NCBI GenBank assembly: GCA_964602565.1 | Contig: CAZRRI010000004.1 | Coordinates: forward strand, 4,668-68,667 | Length of the DNA stretch: 64,000 nucleotides | Direction of reading: 5' to 3' | Source: an uncultured Rhodocyclaceae bacterium | Lineage (GTDB): Bacteria; Pseudomonadota; Gammaproteobacteria; Burkholderiales; Rhodocyclaceae | Notes under the pieces: generated by a model | Seen by the model: only the letters and a program-made list of their open reading frames with translations | Database searches by the model: none | Told to the model about the DNA's origin: nothing | Shown here: positions 55,816 through 64,000 of the stretch, one piece after another | Layout of the letters: each line of letters begins with the position of its first letter | How positions within the stretch are numbered: position 1 is the stretch's first letter | Position numbers and translations under genes: made by a program

Positions 55816-57222
55816 ATGACGCAGGACACCGGCGGCATCGACATCATCGAGAACCGCGGCTATGACGAAATCGCCGTCGGCGACAGCGCCGTGCTGACGC
55901 GCACGCTGCGTCCCGAGGATATCCGCGCGTTCGCAACCATGGCCGGCGAGGTGAATCCGGCCCATGTCGATCCCGAATACGCGCGCTCGGCGCAGTTCCG
56001 CGACCTTGCCGCCCACGGCATGTGGGGCAGCGCCATGATCGCCAACCTGCTCGGCACGCAGTTTCCCGGCCCGGGCACGGTCCTGGTCGGCCAGAACCTG
56101 CGTTTCGCCGGCGAAGTACGCATCGGCGACACCATCACCGCCACCGTCACCTGCCGGAGCAAGTCCGCCCATGACCGGCACATCCTGTTCGATTGCGTCT
56201 GCGTCAACCAGGAAGGCACGCGCGTCATCGACGGCCAGGCCGAAGTGGCGGCGCCGGCGATGAAGATCCGCCGCCCGCGCGCCGCCCTGGCGCCCGACGC
56301 GACGCCCGGCGCGCGCCACCGGCATCTGCTGTCGATCACCCGCGGCCTGCCGCCGATCGCCATGGCCATGGTGCACCCCTGCGACACCGAATCGCTGCGC
56401 GGCGCGCTGATGGCCCGTGACGCCGGCCTGGCCCTGCCCATGCTGGTCGGCCCGGAGGCGCGCATCCGCGCCCTCGCCGAGCAGCTGACGCTCGACCTGG
56501 CCGGCTGCCGGCTGCTCGACGTGCCCCACAGCCACGCCGCCGCCGGCGCCGCCGTCGCCCTGGCGCGCGAAGGCGAAGTCGCCGCGCTGATGAAAGGCTC
56601 GCTGCATACCGACGAATTGATGGCGGAAGTGGTCGACAAGGCCACCGGCCTGCGCACGGCGCGGCGCATCAGCCATGTCTTCCTGATGGACGTGCCCACC
56701 TATCCGCGGCCGCTGCTGATCACCGACGCGGCGGTGAACGTCCAGCCGGCGCTGGAAGACAAGGTCGACATCGTGCAGAACGCCATCGACCTGGCGCGCG
56801 TGCTGCGCATCGCCGAGCCGAAAGTCGCCATCCTCGCCGCCGTCGAGACGGTGACGCCCAAGATGCCGGCCACTCTCGACGCCGCCGCGCTGTGCAAGAT
56901 GGCCGAGCGCGGCCAGATCACCGGCGGCATCCTCGACGGGCCGCTCGCCTTCGACAACGCCGTTTCCGCCGTCGCCGCCGCGACCAAGGGCATACGCTCG
57001 GCCGTCGCCGGCCAGGCCGACATCCTGCTGGTGCCGGACATCGAATCCGGCAACATGCTGGCCAAGCAGCTGGAATACCTGGCCGACGCGCGGGCCGCCG
57101 GCATCGTGCTCGGCGCCCGCGTGCCCATCGTGCTCACTTCCCGCGCCGACCCGGCGGAAGCGCGCGTCGCCTCGGCCGCCATCGCGGCCGCCATGGTGCA
57201 CGCCCGCGGCGGCAAGGCCTGA
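55816..57222 (+). CDS. Bifunctional MaoC-like enoyl-CoA hydratase / phosphate acyl(acetyl/butyryl)transferase
   Basis: N-terminal hotdog MaoC region (AHVDPEYA...GMWGSAMI). C-terminal Pta/Ptb region (MKGSLHTDE...DAAVN...PDIESGNML). Confidence 0.85.
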   Translation: MTQDTGGIDIIENRGYDEIAVGDSAVLTRTLRPEDIRAFATMAGEVNPAHVDPEYARSAQFRDLAAHGMWGSAMIANLLGTQFPGPGTVLVGQNLRFAGEVRIGDTITATVTCRSKSAHDRHILFDCVCVNQEGTRVIDGQAEVAAPAMKIRRPRAALAPDATPGARHRHLLSITRGLPPIAMAMVHPCDTESLRGALMARDAGLALPMLVGPEARIRALAEQLTLDLAGCRLLDVPHSHAAAGAAVALAREGEVAALMKGSLHTDELMAEVVDKATGLRTARRISHVFLMDVPTYPRPLLITDAAVNVQPALEDKVDIVQNAIDLARVLRIAEPKVAILAAVETVTPKMPATLDAAALCKMAERGQITGGILDGPLAFDNAVSAVAAATKGIRSAVAGQADILLVPDIESGNMLAKQLEYLADARAAGIVLGARVPIVLTSRADPAEARVASAAIAAAMVHARGGKA

Positions 57223-57224
57223 CC

Positions 57225-58418
57225 ATGGCCGACGCCATCCTGACCCTCAACGCCGGTTCCAGCTCGATCAAGTTCGCCTTGTTCGAGCGCGGCGCCGGCG
57301 AAATTCCCGAACAGCCCAGGCTGCTGGGCCAGATCGACGGGCTGGGCACTCGTCCGCACCTTTCGGCGCGCGAAGCGTCGGGCCGGGCCGTGGCGGATGT
57401 CGACCCGCCGCTGGCCGGCGCCGCGCCGCATCGCGAGGCCCTGTCGTTCCTGGTCGACTGGCTCGACCGGCACGCCGGCGGACGGCGCATCGGCGGCGTC
57501 GGCCATCGCGTCGTGCACGGCGGCGAGCGGTATGCCCGGCCCATCCGGCTCGACCCCGTGTCGATCGACCTGCTGCGCGACCTGATACCGCTCGCGCCGC
57601 TGCACCAGCCGCACAACCTGGCCGGCATCGAGGCCATGGCCGCCGCCCTGCCGGGCGTGCCGCAGGTCGCCTGTTTCGACACGGCCTTTCATCGCGGCCA
57701 GCCCGATCTGGCCCAGCGCTTCGCCCTGCCGCGCCGGATCACCGAGCAGGGCGTGCGGCGCTACGGCTTCCACGGCCTGTCCTACGAGTTCATCGCCGAG
57801 ACCCTGCCGCGCCATCTCGCCGACGGCCGCGCCGAGGGCCGCGTCATCGTCGCCCATCTCGGCAACGGCGCCTCCATGTGCGCCATGCTCGGCCGCCGCA
57901 GCATGGCCACCACCATGGGCTTCACCGCCGTCGACGGCCTGATGATGGGCACGCGCAGCGGCGCCGTCGATCCGGGCGTCCTGCTCTACCTGATGGATTA
58001 CCGGAACATGGACGCCCGGGCGCTCGAACGGCTGCTCTACAAGGAATCGGGCCTGCTCGGCGTCTCCGGCATCAGCCAGGACATGCGCGAACTGCTGGCC
58101 TCCGGACAGCCGGCGGCGCGCGAGGCCGTCGATCTGTTCTGTTATCGCATCGTCCGCGAGATCGGCTCGCTGGCCGCCGCCATCGGCGGCCTCGACGCGC
58201 TCGTGTTCACCGGCGGCATCGGCGAACACGCCGCGCCGGTGCGCCAGCGGGTCTGCGCCGCGCTCGGCTGGCTGGGCGTGACGCTCGACGAGGCCGCCAA
58301 CGCCGCGCACGCCCGGCGTGTCGCCACGGCTGACTCTGGCGTCGACGTGCTGGTGCTGCCGACCAACGAGGAATGGATCATCGCCCGCCACGCGGCGGCC
58401 CTGATCGGCGCGGGCTGA
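57225..58418 (+). CDS. ackA: Acetate/propionate kinase
   Basis: The ATG at 57225 gives ILTLNAGSSSIKFALF. GHRVVHGG and PTNEEWIIA motifs. Confidence 0.9.
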   Translation: MADAILTLNAGSSSIKFALFERGAGEIPEQPRLLGQIDGLGTRPHLSAREASGRAVADVDPPLAGAAPHREALSFLVDWLDRHAGGRRIGGVGHRVVHGGERYARPIRLDPVSIDLLRDLIPLAPLHQPHNLAGIEAMAAALPGVPQVACFDTAFHRGQPDLAQRFALPRRITEQGVRRYGFHGLSYEFIAETLPRHLADGRAEGRVIVAHLGNGASMCAMLGRRSMATTMGFTAVDGLMMGTRSGAVDPGVLLYLMDYRNMDARALERLLYKESGLLGVSGISQDMRELLASGQPAAREAVDLFCYRIVREIGSLAAAIGGLDALVFTGGIGEHAAPVRQRVCAALGWLGVTLDEAANAAHARRVATADSGVDVLVLPTNEEWIIARHAAALIGAG

Positions 58419-58475
58419 AGCCGGCGCGGCGTTAGAATCGCGGCTCGACATCCCGCTGGCATTGCGTCGGCAACC

Positions 58476-60023
58476 ATGGCCCACCCCGCGAAAACAGAGC
58501 TCGCTTCGCTGCACTTCCTCATCCTGTCCGCCGAACCGGCGGAGGCGGAAGCGATGGCCGCCAGCCTGGCCGAGGCCGAAGGCACGGCGCGGCCGCGGTT
58601 TCGCGCCGCCAGCGACGCCGCCGGCCTGCGCGCCGCCCTGCGCGACGGCCCGTGGGACATGCTGCTCTACCTCCACGGCCGGCCGGCGCTGACCGCGCTC
58701 GCCGCGATGAAAATCCTCGACGCCCGGGGACTGGACCTGCCCTTCATCATCGTCGCCGACCCGGCCGACGAAAAGGCCGCCCTGCGCACCATGCGCGCCG
58801 GCGCCCACGACGTGGTGTTCCGCGACCGGCTCGACCGCCTGCTGCCCGCCATCGACCGCGAGGTGCGGGAAGCGCGTCAGCGCGCCGACCACCGCGCCGC
58901 GCTGGCGATGGCCCACGACGGCGACGCCCGCTTTCGCGGCCTGGCCTCCAGCCTGCCCGGCATGGTCTTCCACCTGCAGCGGCTCGCCGCCGGCGACTAC
59001 CGCTTCCTCTACGTCAGCGAAGGCAGCCAGCCCTTGTTCGGCCTCAAGCAGCATGAACTGCTGGCGTCGCCGCGCAAGTTCTTCGAAACCTTCGAGACGG
59101 AGGACCGCCGCGCCCTCGAGGCGGCGCTCGACGCCTCGGCCGCCACCGGCGCGCCGCTGGACTGGGCCGGCCGCCTGCGCGGCCGCGGCCGCGGCAAGTG
59201 GGTGGACCTGCGTTCGATGCCGCGCCGCGGCGACGACGGGGCCCCCGGCATCGTCAGCTGGCAGGGCATCGCCACCAACATCACCGCGATCAAGGAAACC
59301 GAGGCGGCGCTGCGCGCCTCGCGCGAGCAGTTGTCGGAACTCTCCTTCCATCTCGAAGCCGCGCGCGAGCAGGAGCGCGAGCGCATCGCCCGCGACATCC
59401 ACGACGAACTGGGCAGCCTGCTGGTGCGGCTGAAGATCGAGGCGACCCTGATGGCCGGCAAGCTGCCGGCGGAAACACCGGCGCTGCGCGAGAAGGCCCG
59501 TTCCATCGAGGCGCTGCTCGACCAGGCGATGGGCGCCGCCAGCCGGGTGGCGCGCGAACTGCGGCCGGGCATCCTCAAGGAGTTCGGCCTGCCGGCGGCC
59601 ATCGAATCGCTGGCCGAGGACTTCTCCCAGCACTTCGGCATCGCCTGCCGCGTCCACTGCGCCGACGACCTGGAGCCGGACGCCGACACCTCGCTGGCGC
59701 TGTTCCGCATCGTCCAGGAGACGCTCACCAACATCGCCAAGCATGCCCACGCCTCGCTGGTGGTGGTGCGGCTGACGCGGGAAAAAGGTAGCATTGCGCT
59801 CGAACTGCGCGACAATGGCCGCGGCATTTCCGAGGCGGACATGACGAAGCCGAAATCCTTCGGCCTGCGCGGCATCCGCGAGCGGGTGCACAGCCTGGCG
59901 GGCGAGTTTTCCATCGCTTCCGGCGAGCATGGCGGCACGCACGTCCGCCTGAAGGTGCCGGAGCGCCGCGGCCTGGAGCCGGCGGCCGACGAGGCGGACG
60001 AGGTGCAGCGCAAGCTGTTTTGA
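58476..60023 (+). CDS. Hybrid-looking sensor kinase: receiver-like domain + PAS + HisKA_3 + HATPase
   Basis: H-box ERERIARDIHDELGS (NarX/LiaS type). GRGISE...FGLRGIRERV. The N-terminal about 120 aa has a receiver-like fold pattern. Confidence 0.8.
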   Translation: MAHPAKTELASLHFLILSAEPAEAEAMAASLAEAEGTARPRFRAASDAAGLRAALRDGPWDMLLYLHGRPALTALAAMKILDARGLDLPFIIVADPADEKAALRTMRAGAHDVVFRDRLDRLLPAIDREVREARQRADHRAALAMAHDGDARFRGLASSLPGMVFHLQRLAAGDYRFLYVSEGSQPLFGLKQHELLASPRKFFETFETEDRRALEAALDASAATGAPLDWAGRLRGRGRGKWVDLRSMPRRGDDGAPGIVSWQGIATNITAIKETEAALRASREQLSELSFHLEAAREQERERIARDIHDELGSLLVRLKIEATLMAGKLPAETPALREKARSIEALLDQAMGAASRVARELRPGILKEFGLPAAIESLAEDFSQHFGIACRVHCADDLEPDADTSLALFRIVQETLTNIAKHAHASLVVVRLTREKGSIALELRDNGRGISEADMTKPKSFGLRGIRERVHSLAGEFSIASGEHGGTHVRLKVPERRGLEPAADEADEVQRKLF

Positions 60024-60025
60024 AC

Positions 60026-60664
60026 ATGACCGACAGAATTCACGTACTCATCGCCGACGACCACGCCATCGTGCGTCAGGGGCTCAAGCAGATACTTTCG
60101 GAAACGGAGGACCTGGTGGTCACCGGCGAGGCCGACGACGGCGTCGAGGCCCTGCAACTGGCCCGCCAGCAACCCTGGGACGTCGTCCTGCTCGATGTCT
60201 CGATGCCCAACCGCAACGGCATCGACACCCTCAAGCAGTTGAAGCGGGAATTCCCCAGGCTGCCGGTGCTGATCCTCTCGATGCACCCCGAGGAGCAATA
60301 CGCCATCCGCGCGCTCAAGGCCGGCGCCTCGGGCTACCTGACCAAGCAGAGCGCGCCCGAACAACTGGTGACGGCGATCCGCCAGGTCGCCTGCGGCAAG
60401 AAATATGTCAGCCCCACCGTGGCCATGCAGCTGGCCGACGCCATCGCCAACGACACCGAGCAGCCGCCGCACGAGCTGCTCTCGGACCGCGAGTACGAAG
60501 TGCTCAAGCTGATCTCCGCCGGCAAGACGCTGACCCAGATCGCCGAGGAACTGAATCTCGCCGTCGCCACCATCAGCACCTTCCGCGCCCGCATCCTCGC
60601 CAAGCTCGGCTTGTCCAGCACCGCCGAGCTGATCCGCTACGGCCTCGAGCGCGGCCTCGTTTGA
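60026..60664 (+). CDS. NarL/FixJ-family response regulator (LuxR HTH)
   Basis: VLIADDHAIVRQGL...LLDVSMPNRNG. C-terminal LSDREYEVLKLISAGKTLTQIAEELNLAVATISTFR. Confidence 0.9.
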   Translation: MTDRIHVLIADDHAIVRQGLKQILSETEDLVVTGEADDGVEALQLARQQPWDVVLLDVSMPNRNGIDTLKQLKREFPRLPVLILSMHPEEQYAIRALKAGASGYLTKQSAPEQLVTAIRQVACGKKYVSPTVAMQLADAIANDTEQPPHELLSDREYEVLKLISAGKTLTQIAEELNLAVATISTFRARILAKLGLSSTAELIRYGLERGLV

Positions 60665-60671
60665 AACGACC

Positions 60672-62411
60672 ATGGCCGACGTCAAGCATCCCTCCGAACT
60701 CGCCCGCGAAACCCTGCGCCAGCTGGCCATGCGCCGGGTGCCGCCGACGCCGGACAACTATCGCATGCTGTACCACGAGATCGCCGGCACCACCGCCGCC
60801 GAGGCTTTTCCCGAACGCGCGCTCAAGCACCTCGTCGCCGGCCTGCCGAAGACCACGCCCGAGCAGCTGCGCTTCGGCCGGCAGTTCGAGGCGGCCGTCG
60901 GCGAAGGCAGCTGGGATGGGCTGAAGACCTCGCTGGCCGACCTGCTGGCCAAGGGCGCGGCGGCGCCGCCGAACTGGGGCGGCCTCATCCGCGACCTGGT
61001 CGGCCAGTACGAAGCCCGCCACGCCGGCGTCACCGGCGCCAAGAAGCGCGAAGCGCTCGACCACGTCCTGTCGGCCTCGGGCACGCCCGAGGTCCTGTTC
61101 GGCCGCTTGCAGGCGATGGTACGAAACTGGTCGCAAAGCGCCGCGGCCGAACCGGCGGAGAGCGGCGCCGGCGACGACGGGGCCGGCGCAAAGTCAGCCG
61201 TGGCGGCACGCCAGCTCAACCCCGAATTGCAGGAACTGGTCGCCAGCCTGCTCGACAACGCCCTCGGGGTCATACTGGCCGACGCGCCCGACCTGGCCGG
61301 CGAGGCCGGCGGCCTGGCCGCCGACATCCGCGCCGCCGCCTCCGCCGACCAGATCGGCGCCTGCGCCGGCCGGCTGAAGAAGTTCGGCTACCGCCTGCAG
61401 TTCGTCGCCGAGGACAAGACCGAGCTGCGCGGCGCGCTGGTTCATCTGCTGCAACTGATCGTCGAGAACATCGGCGAGCTGGTGGTGGACGACCAGTGGC
61501 TGCAAGGACAGGTGTCGCTGGTGCGCGACCTGCTCGGCCAGCCGCTCGACCTGCGCCGGCTCGACGATGTCGAGCGCCGGCTCAAGGACCTGATCTACAA
61601 GCAGAGCGCGCTGAAGAAGAGCCTCACCGACGCCCAGGCGCAACTGAAGGACATGCTGGCGACCTTCGTGGACCGGCTGGCCGGCTTCGCCTCCACCACC
61701 GGCGATTACCACGACCGCATCGGCGCCTGCGCCCAAAAGATCAGCAAGGCCAGCGACATCGGCCAGCTTTCCGACGTGCTGCAAGTGGTCATGCAGGAAA
61801 CCCGCGCCGTGCAGCTCGCGGCGCAGCGCTCGCGCGACGAGTTGATCGAGATGCGCGACCGCGTGCGCGAGGCGGAACGCGAAGTCGTCCGCCTGCGGGA
61901 GGAACTGGCCCATGCCAGCGAGATGGTGCGCACCGACGCACTGACCGGCGCGCTCAATCGCCAGGGCATGGACGAGGCGATCGAGCGCGAAGTGGCGCGC
62001 GCCCGCCGCAGGAACTCGCCGCTGTCGGTGGCGCTGCTCGACATCGACAACTTCAAGAAGCTCAACGACACCCATGGCCACGATGCCGGCGACCAGGCGC
62101 TGGTGCATCTGGCCCAGGTGGTGAGCGAAACCCTGCGCCCGACCGACACCCTGGCCCGCTACGGCGGCGAGGAATTCGTCATCGTGCTGGCCGACACCCG
62201 CCTCGACGACGGCGTGCAGGCGATGGTGCGCGTCCAGCGCGAACTGACACGCAAGTTCTTCCTGCACAGAAACGAGAAGATGCTGATCACCTTCAGTTGC
62301 GGCGTCGCCGAACTCGCCGCCGGCGAATCGCCCGCCGACGCCGTCAAGCGCGCCGACCAGGCCATGTACCTGGCCAAGCGCGCCGGCAAGAACCGCGTCG
62401 TGGCGGCCTGA
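60672..62411 (+). CDS. Diguanylate cyclase (GGDEF) with long coiled-coil N-terminal region
   Basis: RYGGEEFVIVL active site. RxxD-like I-site context. No EAL domain. Confidence 0.85.
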   Translation: MADVKHPSELARETLRQLAMRRVPPTPDNYRMLYHEIAGTTAAEAFPERALKHLVAGLPKTTPEQLRFGRQFEAAVGEGSWDGLKTSLADLLAKGAAAPPNWGGLIRDLVGQYEARHAGVTGAKKREALDHVLSASGTPEVLFGRLQAMVRNWSQSAAAEPAESGAGDDGAGAKSAVAARQLNPELQELVASLLDNALGVILADAPDLAGEAGGLAADIRAAASADQIGACAGRLKKFGYRLQFVAEDKTELRGALVHLLQLIVENIGELVVDDQWLQGQVSLVRDLLGQPLDLRRLDDVERRLKDLIYKQSALKKSLTDAQAQLKDMLATFVDRLAGFASTTGDYHDRIGACAQKISKASDIGQLSDVLQVVMQETRAVQLAAQRSRDELIEMRDRVREAEREVVRLREELAHASEMVRTDALTGALNRQGMDEAIEREVARARRRNSPLSVALLDIDNFKKLNDTHGHDAGDQALVHLAQVVSETLRPTDTLARYGGEEFVIVLADTRLDDGVQAMVRVQRELTRKFFLHRNEKMLITFSCGVAELAAGESPADAVKRADQAMYLAKRAGKNRVVAA

Positions 62412-62456
62412 GGCGCGCCGCGCGCATCTCCTCGCAAAACCTGCAACAGAACTTCC

Positions 62457-62483
62457 TAAAGTTTCCTTCCGGGGTCCCGATAA
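62457..62483 (+). promoter_or_regulatory. Sigma-28 (FliA) type promoter upstream of fliC
   Basis: TAAA-N15-CCCGATAA, against the consensus TAAA-N15-GCCGATAA. It lies about 100 nt upstream of the flagellin ATG. Confidence 0.5.
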
Positions 62484-62580
62484 AGGGACTGTGCGCGGCA
62501 ATTGCCGCACCGAACCCCCAAGCTGGCGCCAGGGAATACCGAAAGGCCAGTAAGGCTAACCCCCTGAAAGGAGTTATAAA

Positions 62581-63306
62581 ATGGCACAAGTAATCAACAC
62601 CAACGTTGCTTCCCTGTTCGCTGGCGCCGCCCTGAACAAGTCCGCCAACGCGCTGCAAGTCGCCCAGCAGCGCCTGTCCTCCGGCCTGCGCATCAACAGC
62701 GTCGCGGACGATTCGACCGGCCTCGCGATCGCCTCCGGCTACGACACGCAAATTCGCGGCACGAACGTCGCCATCCGCAACGCCAACGACGCGATCACCC
62801 AGGCGCAAACGCTGGACGGCTATGCCGGCCAGGTGCTGTCCAACCTGCAGCGCCTCTATGAAATTTTCGTGCAGACCGGCGATGTCACCAACGACGAATC
62901 CGACGCGCTGGTCGCGGAAAACGCCCGTATCGCCACCTTGTCCGGGACCTCCGATCTGATTGGCGCCGATGTCACGGTCGATGGCAGCGGCACCACTGTC
63001 GCCGCCCAAAGCACGGCAATCGCCACCCTCTCGGGCGCCACTGCCGCGGACGTACTGGATGACATCGATGACCTGATCGCCACACGTTCCCTCTTCGGTG
63101 CGGACATTGCGACCTTCTCCTCCGCGGTCGCGACGATGCAGACCACTTCGGTCAACCTGTCCGCCTCTTACAGCCGGATCATGGATACGGACTACGCCGC
63201 GGAAACCACGTCGATGACCCGCAACCAGATTCTGCAACAGGCCGGTATCGCGTCCCTGGCGCAGTCGAACCAGAACCCCAGCATGGTGCTGAGCCTGCTC
63301 CGCTAA
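62581..63306 (+). CDS. fliC: Flagellin (short, 241 aa)
   Basis: MAQVINTNVASL...RLSSGLRINSVADDSTGLAIA N-terminal D0/D1 and C-terminal ...QILQQAGIASLAQSNQNPSMVLSLLR. SD GAAAGGAG. Confidence 0.9.
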   Translation: MAQVINTNVASLFAGAALNKSANALQVAQQRLSSGLRINSVADDSTGLAIASGYDTQIRGTNVAIRNANDAITQAQTLDGYAGQVLSNLQRLYEIFVQTGDVTNDESDALVAENARIATLSGTSDLIGADVTVDGSGTTVAAQSTAIATLSGATAADVLDDIDDLIATRSLFGADIATFSSAVATMQTTSVNLSASYSRIMDTDYAAETTSMTRNQILQQAGIASLAQSNQNPSMVLSLLR

Positions 63307-63376
63307 GGTCGAAAAAAAGCCTCAACGACGCTCGACCGGATGACCGGTCGGGCGTTGGTGACTGAAGGATGCGAAC

Positions 63377-63724
63377 ATGAACATCCAAAGTGTCATCAAT
63401 CTCGGTCAGACCAGCGCGCAACCGGAACCGCGCGCGGCGGATGCCGCGCGCGGCTTGCCGCCCGCTCCCGGCATTCAACCAAAATCCGAGCCAACGCCCC
63501 AGCAGGTGCGGCAGGCCGTGGAACACATCAACCTGGCCTTGAACGCCTCGAAGAACACGGCGCTGCAATTCACGGTCGACCCCGGTACCCGATCCACCGT
63601 GGTCAGATTGGTGGATACCGAGTCGGGCGAACTGATCCGCCAGTACCCGTCCGAGGCCGCGCTGGCCATCGCCGAGTCCATCGACAACTTCCAGAAGGGC
63701 CTGCTGATCGGTCAGGAAGCGTAG
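63377..63724 (+). CDS. flaG: Flagellar protein FlaG
   Basis: 115 aa. LQFTVDPGTRSTVVRLVDTESGELIRQYPSEAALAIAE is the FlaG pattern. Positioned between fliC and fliD. Confidence 0.75.
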   Translation: MNIQSVINLGQTSAQPEPRAADAARGLPPAPGIQPKSEPTPQQVRQAVEHINLALNASKNTALQFTVDPGTRSTVVRLVDTESGELIRQYPSEAALAIAESIDNFQKGLLIGQEA

Positions 63725-63782
63725 TAAAGTTCTCGCGTCGCGCGCCGTTATGGAATCATCCCGGTAGCGCAGGAGACGACTT

Positions 63783-64000
63783 ATGGCAACCACTTCCTCG
63801 ATCCTCGACGTTCCATCGCTGGTGTCCCAGTTGATGTCGATCGAGCGCAAGCCCATCGACAAGCTCAACGCCAAGGTCACGGACATCCAGGCGCGGATTT
63901 CGTCCTTCGGCACCCTGAGCAGCTTGGTGTCGTCGCTGCAAACATCGCTGGACAGCCTGAAGACGGCGCTGAAAAGCTACGGCGCCACGCCTTCCGACGC
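63783..64000 (+). CDS. fliD: Flagellar filament cap protein FliD (5' partial, runs off the window)
   Basis: My own translation from the ATG at 63783: MATTSSILDVPSLVSQLMSIERKPIDKLNAKVTDIQARISSFGTLSSLVSSLQTSLDSL. This is a typical FliD N-terminus. It is absent from the ORF track because no stop falls within the window. Confidence 0.75.
   Translation, partial: MATTSSILDVPSLVSQLMSIERKPIDKLNAKVTDIQARISSFGTLSSLVSSLQTSLDSLKTALKSYGATPSD

Overview
GC-rich (about 65%) chromosomal segment. Its gene content looks betaproteobacterial, possibly Rhodocyclales-like; this is inference only. No rRNA, tRNA, CRISPR array, transposase or integrase was seen. Gene blocks in order: (1) 0.1-5.8 kb: a B-family (ba3-type) heme-copper oxidase operon with heme A synthase, heme O synthase and an SCO copper chaperone. 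(2) 5.9-9.9 kb: two unusual di-heme cytochrome b fusion proteins (b + 2x[4Fe-4S] + MvhD-like; b + [2Fe-2S] + FNR-like reductase) flanking a small membrane protein. (3) 9.9-13.2 kb: TlpA thioredoxin, an orphan divergent oxidase-subunit-I-like protein, a YdbL-like protein and a second SCO. (4) 13.3-19.8 kb: nitroreductase, WYL regulator, DUF465, a short HupK/HoxV-like protein with a NiCoT nickel permease, a thioesterase and a GGDEF-EAL protein. (5) 19.9-33.6 kb: nikR, hypX, hypEDC, an N-terminally truncated hypF, hypBA and a Hyb-type membrane [NiFe] uptake hydrogenase operon (hybO-A-B-C-D, hybG-like, hybE) behind a sigma-54 promoter. (6) 33.9-43.3 kb: the H2-sensing regulatory set hoxJ ... hoxC-hoxB-hoxA. 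It is split by a bufferin-like RiPP cluster (DUF2282 precursor, DUF692/MNIO, DUF2063, TVP38 protein) and an ECF sigma/anti-sigma pair. (7) 43.5-48.6 kb: NAD-reducing soluble hydrogenase hoxFUYH-W. (8) 48.6-62.4 kb: signalling genes (GGDEF-EAL, OmpR regulator + LysM/FecR + CHASE2 kinase, NarL-type two-component pair, GGDEF) and a MaoC-Pta fusion with AckA. (9) 62.5-64 kb: fliC-flaG-fliD. Three signals are not explained by ordinary annotation. First, a roughly 25-nt non-palindromic motif (GGCGTRYCGCCACGGCTGACTTTCG) recurs at least 10 times in both orientations, in several reading frames and in intergenic DNA, including a 38-bp tandem repeat. Second, a 37-bp direct repeat with a 70-bp period duplicates the hoxB-stop/hoxC-start junction. 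Third, the cytochrome b fusion module itself.
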